Source: the human T2T-CHM13v2.0 reference genome, Homo sapiens | DNA: 64,000 nt | Assembly (NCBI RefSeq): GCF_009914755.1 | Contig: NC_060932.1 | Direction: 5' to 3' (one strand) | Shown here: positions 60,967 to 64,000 of the stretch, in pieces | Numbering within the stretch: the first letter of the stretch is position 1 | Layout: each line of letters begins with the position of its first letter | Notes under the pieces: generated by a model | Database searches by the model: none | Told to the model about the DNA's origin: nothing | Seen by the model: only the letters and a program-made list of their open reading frames with translations | Program-made: the position numbers and the translations under genes

Positions 60967-61959
60967 CTAGAAAATCAAAGTAACTTGTGATAGATAAAGC
61001 TTTGGATGACCTTGATTTAAACCAATAGCTGGAATTTAGTTGGTAAATGCTTTTCCCCATTTTGACTCTGCTGACCAGCAGATTTTGGAAAGCCACAGAG
61101 CACACGTCGCAGCCCTATCAGGCTCCCTCCATTCATACCCAGTTCATCTTCCCAGACAGGCTCTCAATGGCATTTCTAGGACTCAGGACAATTTTTATTT
61201 AATTTCCTTTATTTTTCCCAAAGTTGAAATGTAAAACCGTTACCCCCGCTCTTCTATTCTCTTTCCCTCCATTTTTCTCTCTCCAATATTTTACTCTCAT
61301 TTTTTTCTAATGCTCTACAAGAAAAGCAACATAAAAATTAGTACCTAGTGAACACAAAACTCTCCCAGTTGAAGATGTAAACTGATGAAAACCTCTATAA
61401 ATGAGAATCTTAAGTAAAGGAGGAACTCATAGTTAGCAAAATTAATTACCTAAAATTAACTTTAGATATAAAACATTTTCACTAAAATTTGTGGAAGAGA
61501 GATCTTCAATGGACTGTAACAAAAATCCCATGTCTGAAGAACTTTCCTAAAGCTTTAGTGTTTTAATCGGGTAACTAGGCATGTCTACACTAGCTAAATG
61601 GGTCTTAGGTGTGATATGATTTATCAATCTTGTTTTTATAGATAGGTAAAAGTTAACTTTTAAGCTCTTTACAACTGCACAGCCAGCAGTAAGTTCTCCC
61701 TTGGAGATATTCAGTAGAAAGCGCTATTGGAGGATCAAAGCCTCCCTGCTCTGAGGCTAGTTTGGGCGATAACAATCGGTGTGAACTTTATCACACCACT
61801 TCGTTTGGAGCTTCTGACTTGCCGTTTGTTAAATAAAGACAGTAAAACCTTTCAGGGAGGAGTGCAGATCAAATGAAGTGGTATGGTTGAAATTTAAAAG
61901 CAAAATCACCTCCCTGCAATGAAACCGTCACTAGTGACTAACGACTTCATGAGAATTTA

Positions 61960-62210
61960 ATCTGAGCTTTTCATTGAGCATATGCTGTCTGCCAGGCTTT
62001 GTTCTAAGTGCTTTACACGCATTAACTCCTGTGATTTTCAGAACGACATGATAAGGCAGGTACTATATTCATTCTCATTTTGCATTTGAGCCAACCAAAG
62101 AACATTGAATGCCAAAATCGATTAAATCATTGACTCAGGGACACATGCCTAGGGAGTCAGAGTGCTGGGATTTGAACTAAAGGAAGTTCATAGTTAATAT
62201 TTTTAACACT
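61960..62210 (-). mobile_element. MIR SINE
   Basis: 'cattgagcatatgctgtctgccaggc...aagtgctttacac...tgctgggatttgaac'. Confidence 0.75.
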
Positions 62211-62262
62211 ATGCTATGCGTAGCCCTGGAGATTCATGCAGTCTAATTAATACAGACACCCA

Positions 62263-62570
62263 GGGCTGGGTGCGGTGGCTCATGCCTGTAATCCCAACAC
62301 TGTGGGAGGTCAAGGGAGGCAGATCACTTGAGGTCAGGAGTTGGAGACCAGGCTGACAAACATGGCGAAACCCCATCTCTACCAAAAATACAAAAATTAG
62401 CTGGGTGTGGTGGTGCATGCCTGTAATCCCAGCTACTCGGGAGGCTGAGGTGGGAAAATCACTTGAACTGGGAGGTGGAGGTTGCAGTGAGCCGAGATTG
62501 TGCCACTGCACTCCAGCCTGGGCGAAAGAGTGAGACCCTGTCTCAAAAATAAATAAATAAATAAATAATT
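62263..62570 (+). mobile_element. AluSx/Sz-like
   Basis: Full Alu with (AAAT)n tail; degenerate TSD ending cacccag. Confidence 0.97.
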
Positions 62571-62894
62571 TAAAAATATGGGCACCCAGATGTCATTGTC
62601 AACTTGGGTTGGCAAGTCCTGGCACATTTACCTCTTGAATATTTAAAAAACCTAACCCTTGCTCTGAACTTAGTCCCATTGTGTTCATTCAGGTCACTAG
62701 CTCCTACATTAGTAAACAATTATTCAGTAATCAGTCACTGTCAGGCATGTGTGAGATGTTGGAGGGCATCACAGTGAAGAAGTCACATTCACCACCACAG
62801 TGGTGCTTATTATTTCCATAAGGAAGACAACATTGAATGCATATGTACAGAATGAGAAAATAATTATTTGACAGTGACAAGTGCTATGAGGGCA

Positions 62895-63470
62895 AATGCC
62901 ACTATCATCTTGTGCCTAGACTTCTGTAACAACCCCTTCATTGATCTGCCTGCCTCTAGTATTGTTCCATTCCAATCTGTTGAGCACAAAATGCAGTCTG
63001 ACCCATCCAAAAGCAAATCTGACCATTTGATGATCTTGCTTAAAGTCTCCCATGCCCCTGTGCCATCACTCATAAGGTCAATCTAAGCTCCCTGGTAACT
63101 GGCTTCTACTTCCCTCTTCAGTTACTTCCCATATTCTTTGCTTCTGGATTTTATGCCACATTAATTAGACTTCCCTGTAGGCACTACTCTTCTATGCATA
63201 CACCATGTTCCTACTTCTGTGCCTTTGTGCAGGTTGCCCTCTCTACTTGAACCCCTTTCCACCCTTCATCTCCTGTCTGATGTTTACCTTTCAAGAATCA
63301 CTGCTTCTAGGAGGACAACCCCGACACAAGTTAAGAAGGACTGAAAGCAAACGACATTGGGGCTTTCATTCCTTGATCAAGTATTGTGTCTTTGTGTTAT
63401 TTTCATCACTGCATAGAGGTGCCAAGGGCAATACCTAGAATGCAATTGACACTCAGCATATGTTTGCAGA
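62895..63470 (+). mobile_element. L2 fragment
   Basis: 'gccactatcatcttgtgcctagacttctgtaacaacc', 'aaagcaaatctgacca'. Confidence 0.65.
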
Positions 63471-64000
63471 AACGAACCAGAGAAGTTAGCAGATTCTATC
63501 ATCTCTCCCAAGTCAGTAGTCCCTATCCCATTTCTCTCCCACTTGCCTACTGAAGGAGGATATTTATAGCTAAATCTTAATGAATATAATCAATATTTTT
63601 TCCAAGTACCATTCTCAGGTAAACACTGACTCTTGCTTCACCCCAGATTAGGCACCTCAAGCCCACAGGTCTGGGAATATTCTTGCTCTTTATAATACTT
63701 ATTATCCACACATTTGGAGATACAGAAAACAATTTTTTACTTTCAGCAGGCACAGTGGTAAAAGGAAAAAGCATTGAAATGATTCTGCAACAATATTGCC
63801 TTCTATTTTTTATGTCAAAGATAGGTTGGAGGAGTTGAACACATAATGCAGTATGAAACAATTTTATTATATTTTGTCATATTCTAGAACCAGGTTTTAC
63901 ATATATTCTGGGTGTTTAATAAGCAGATTCTTTTCAGCTCTTCTGAATAAACAGGACATAGTCTCTTCTCAGTATATTAAGAAAGGCCCAGGAACACTAT

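Noticed and set aside
63577-63861. 94-aa minus ORF as an upstream exon of the 60.9-kb candidate gene
   Set aside because: No convincing splice boundaries or recognisable protein motif.

Overview
Primate (very probably human or great-ape) AT-rich genomic DNA, mostly intergenic or intronic and dense in retroelements. There is nothing prokaryotic and no CRISPR, tRNA or rRNA. It contains 18 Alu elements and a young L1PA2/3-type LINE-1 on the minus strand (~10.07-15.0 kb) with an almost intact 5'UTR but no 3' end or poly(A). It also has short L1PA/L1PB/L1MA 3' ends, old L1M, L2 and MIR, several DNA-transposon fossils (MER5A, Charlie1, MER30, MER53, Zaphod-like, Tigger5-like, MADE1), MaLR and ERV1 LTRs, and a full-length RPL35A processed pseudogene (60.3-60.76 kb). 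No intact multi-exon protein gene could be assembled. There is a plausible minus-strand terminal coding exon at 60833-60966 of a gene I cannot name, and a set of plus-strand splice sites just downstream of the L1 antisense promoter. I found no convincing new biological system. The best leads are a candidate L1-antisense-promoter chimeric spliced transcript, atypical retrotransposition products (tail-less 3'-truncated L1, two 3' transductions, a twin-primed L1MA, a 37-bp tailed micro-insertion), a collapsed provirus, a retrocopy inside a putative 3'UTR, and an Alu orientation switch near 35-38 kb. Repeat subfamily names come from remembered consensus motifs, not from a database search.
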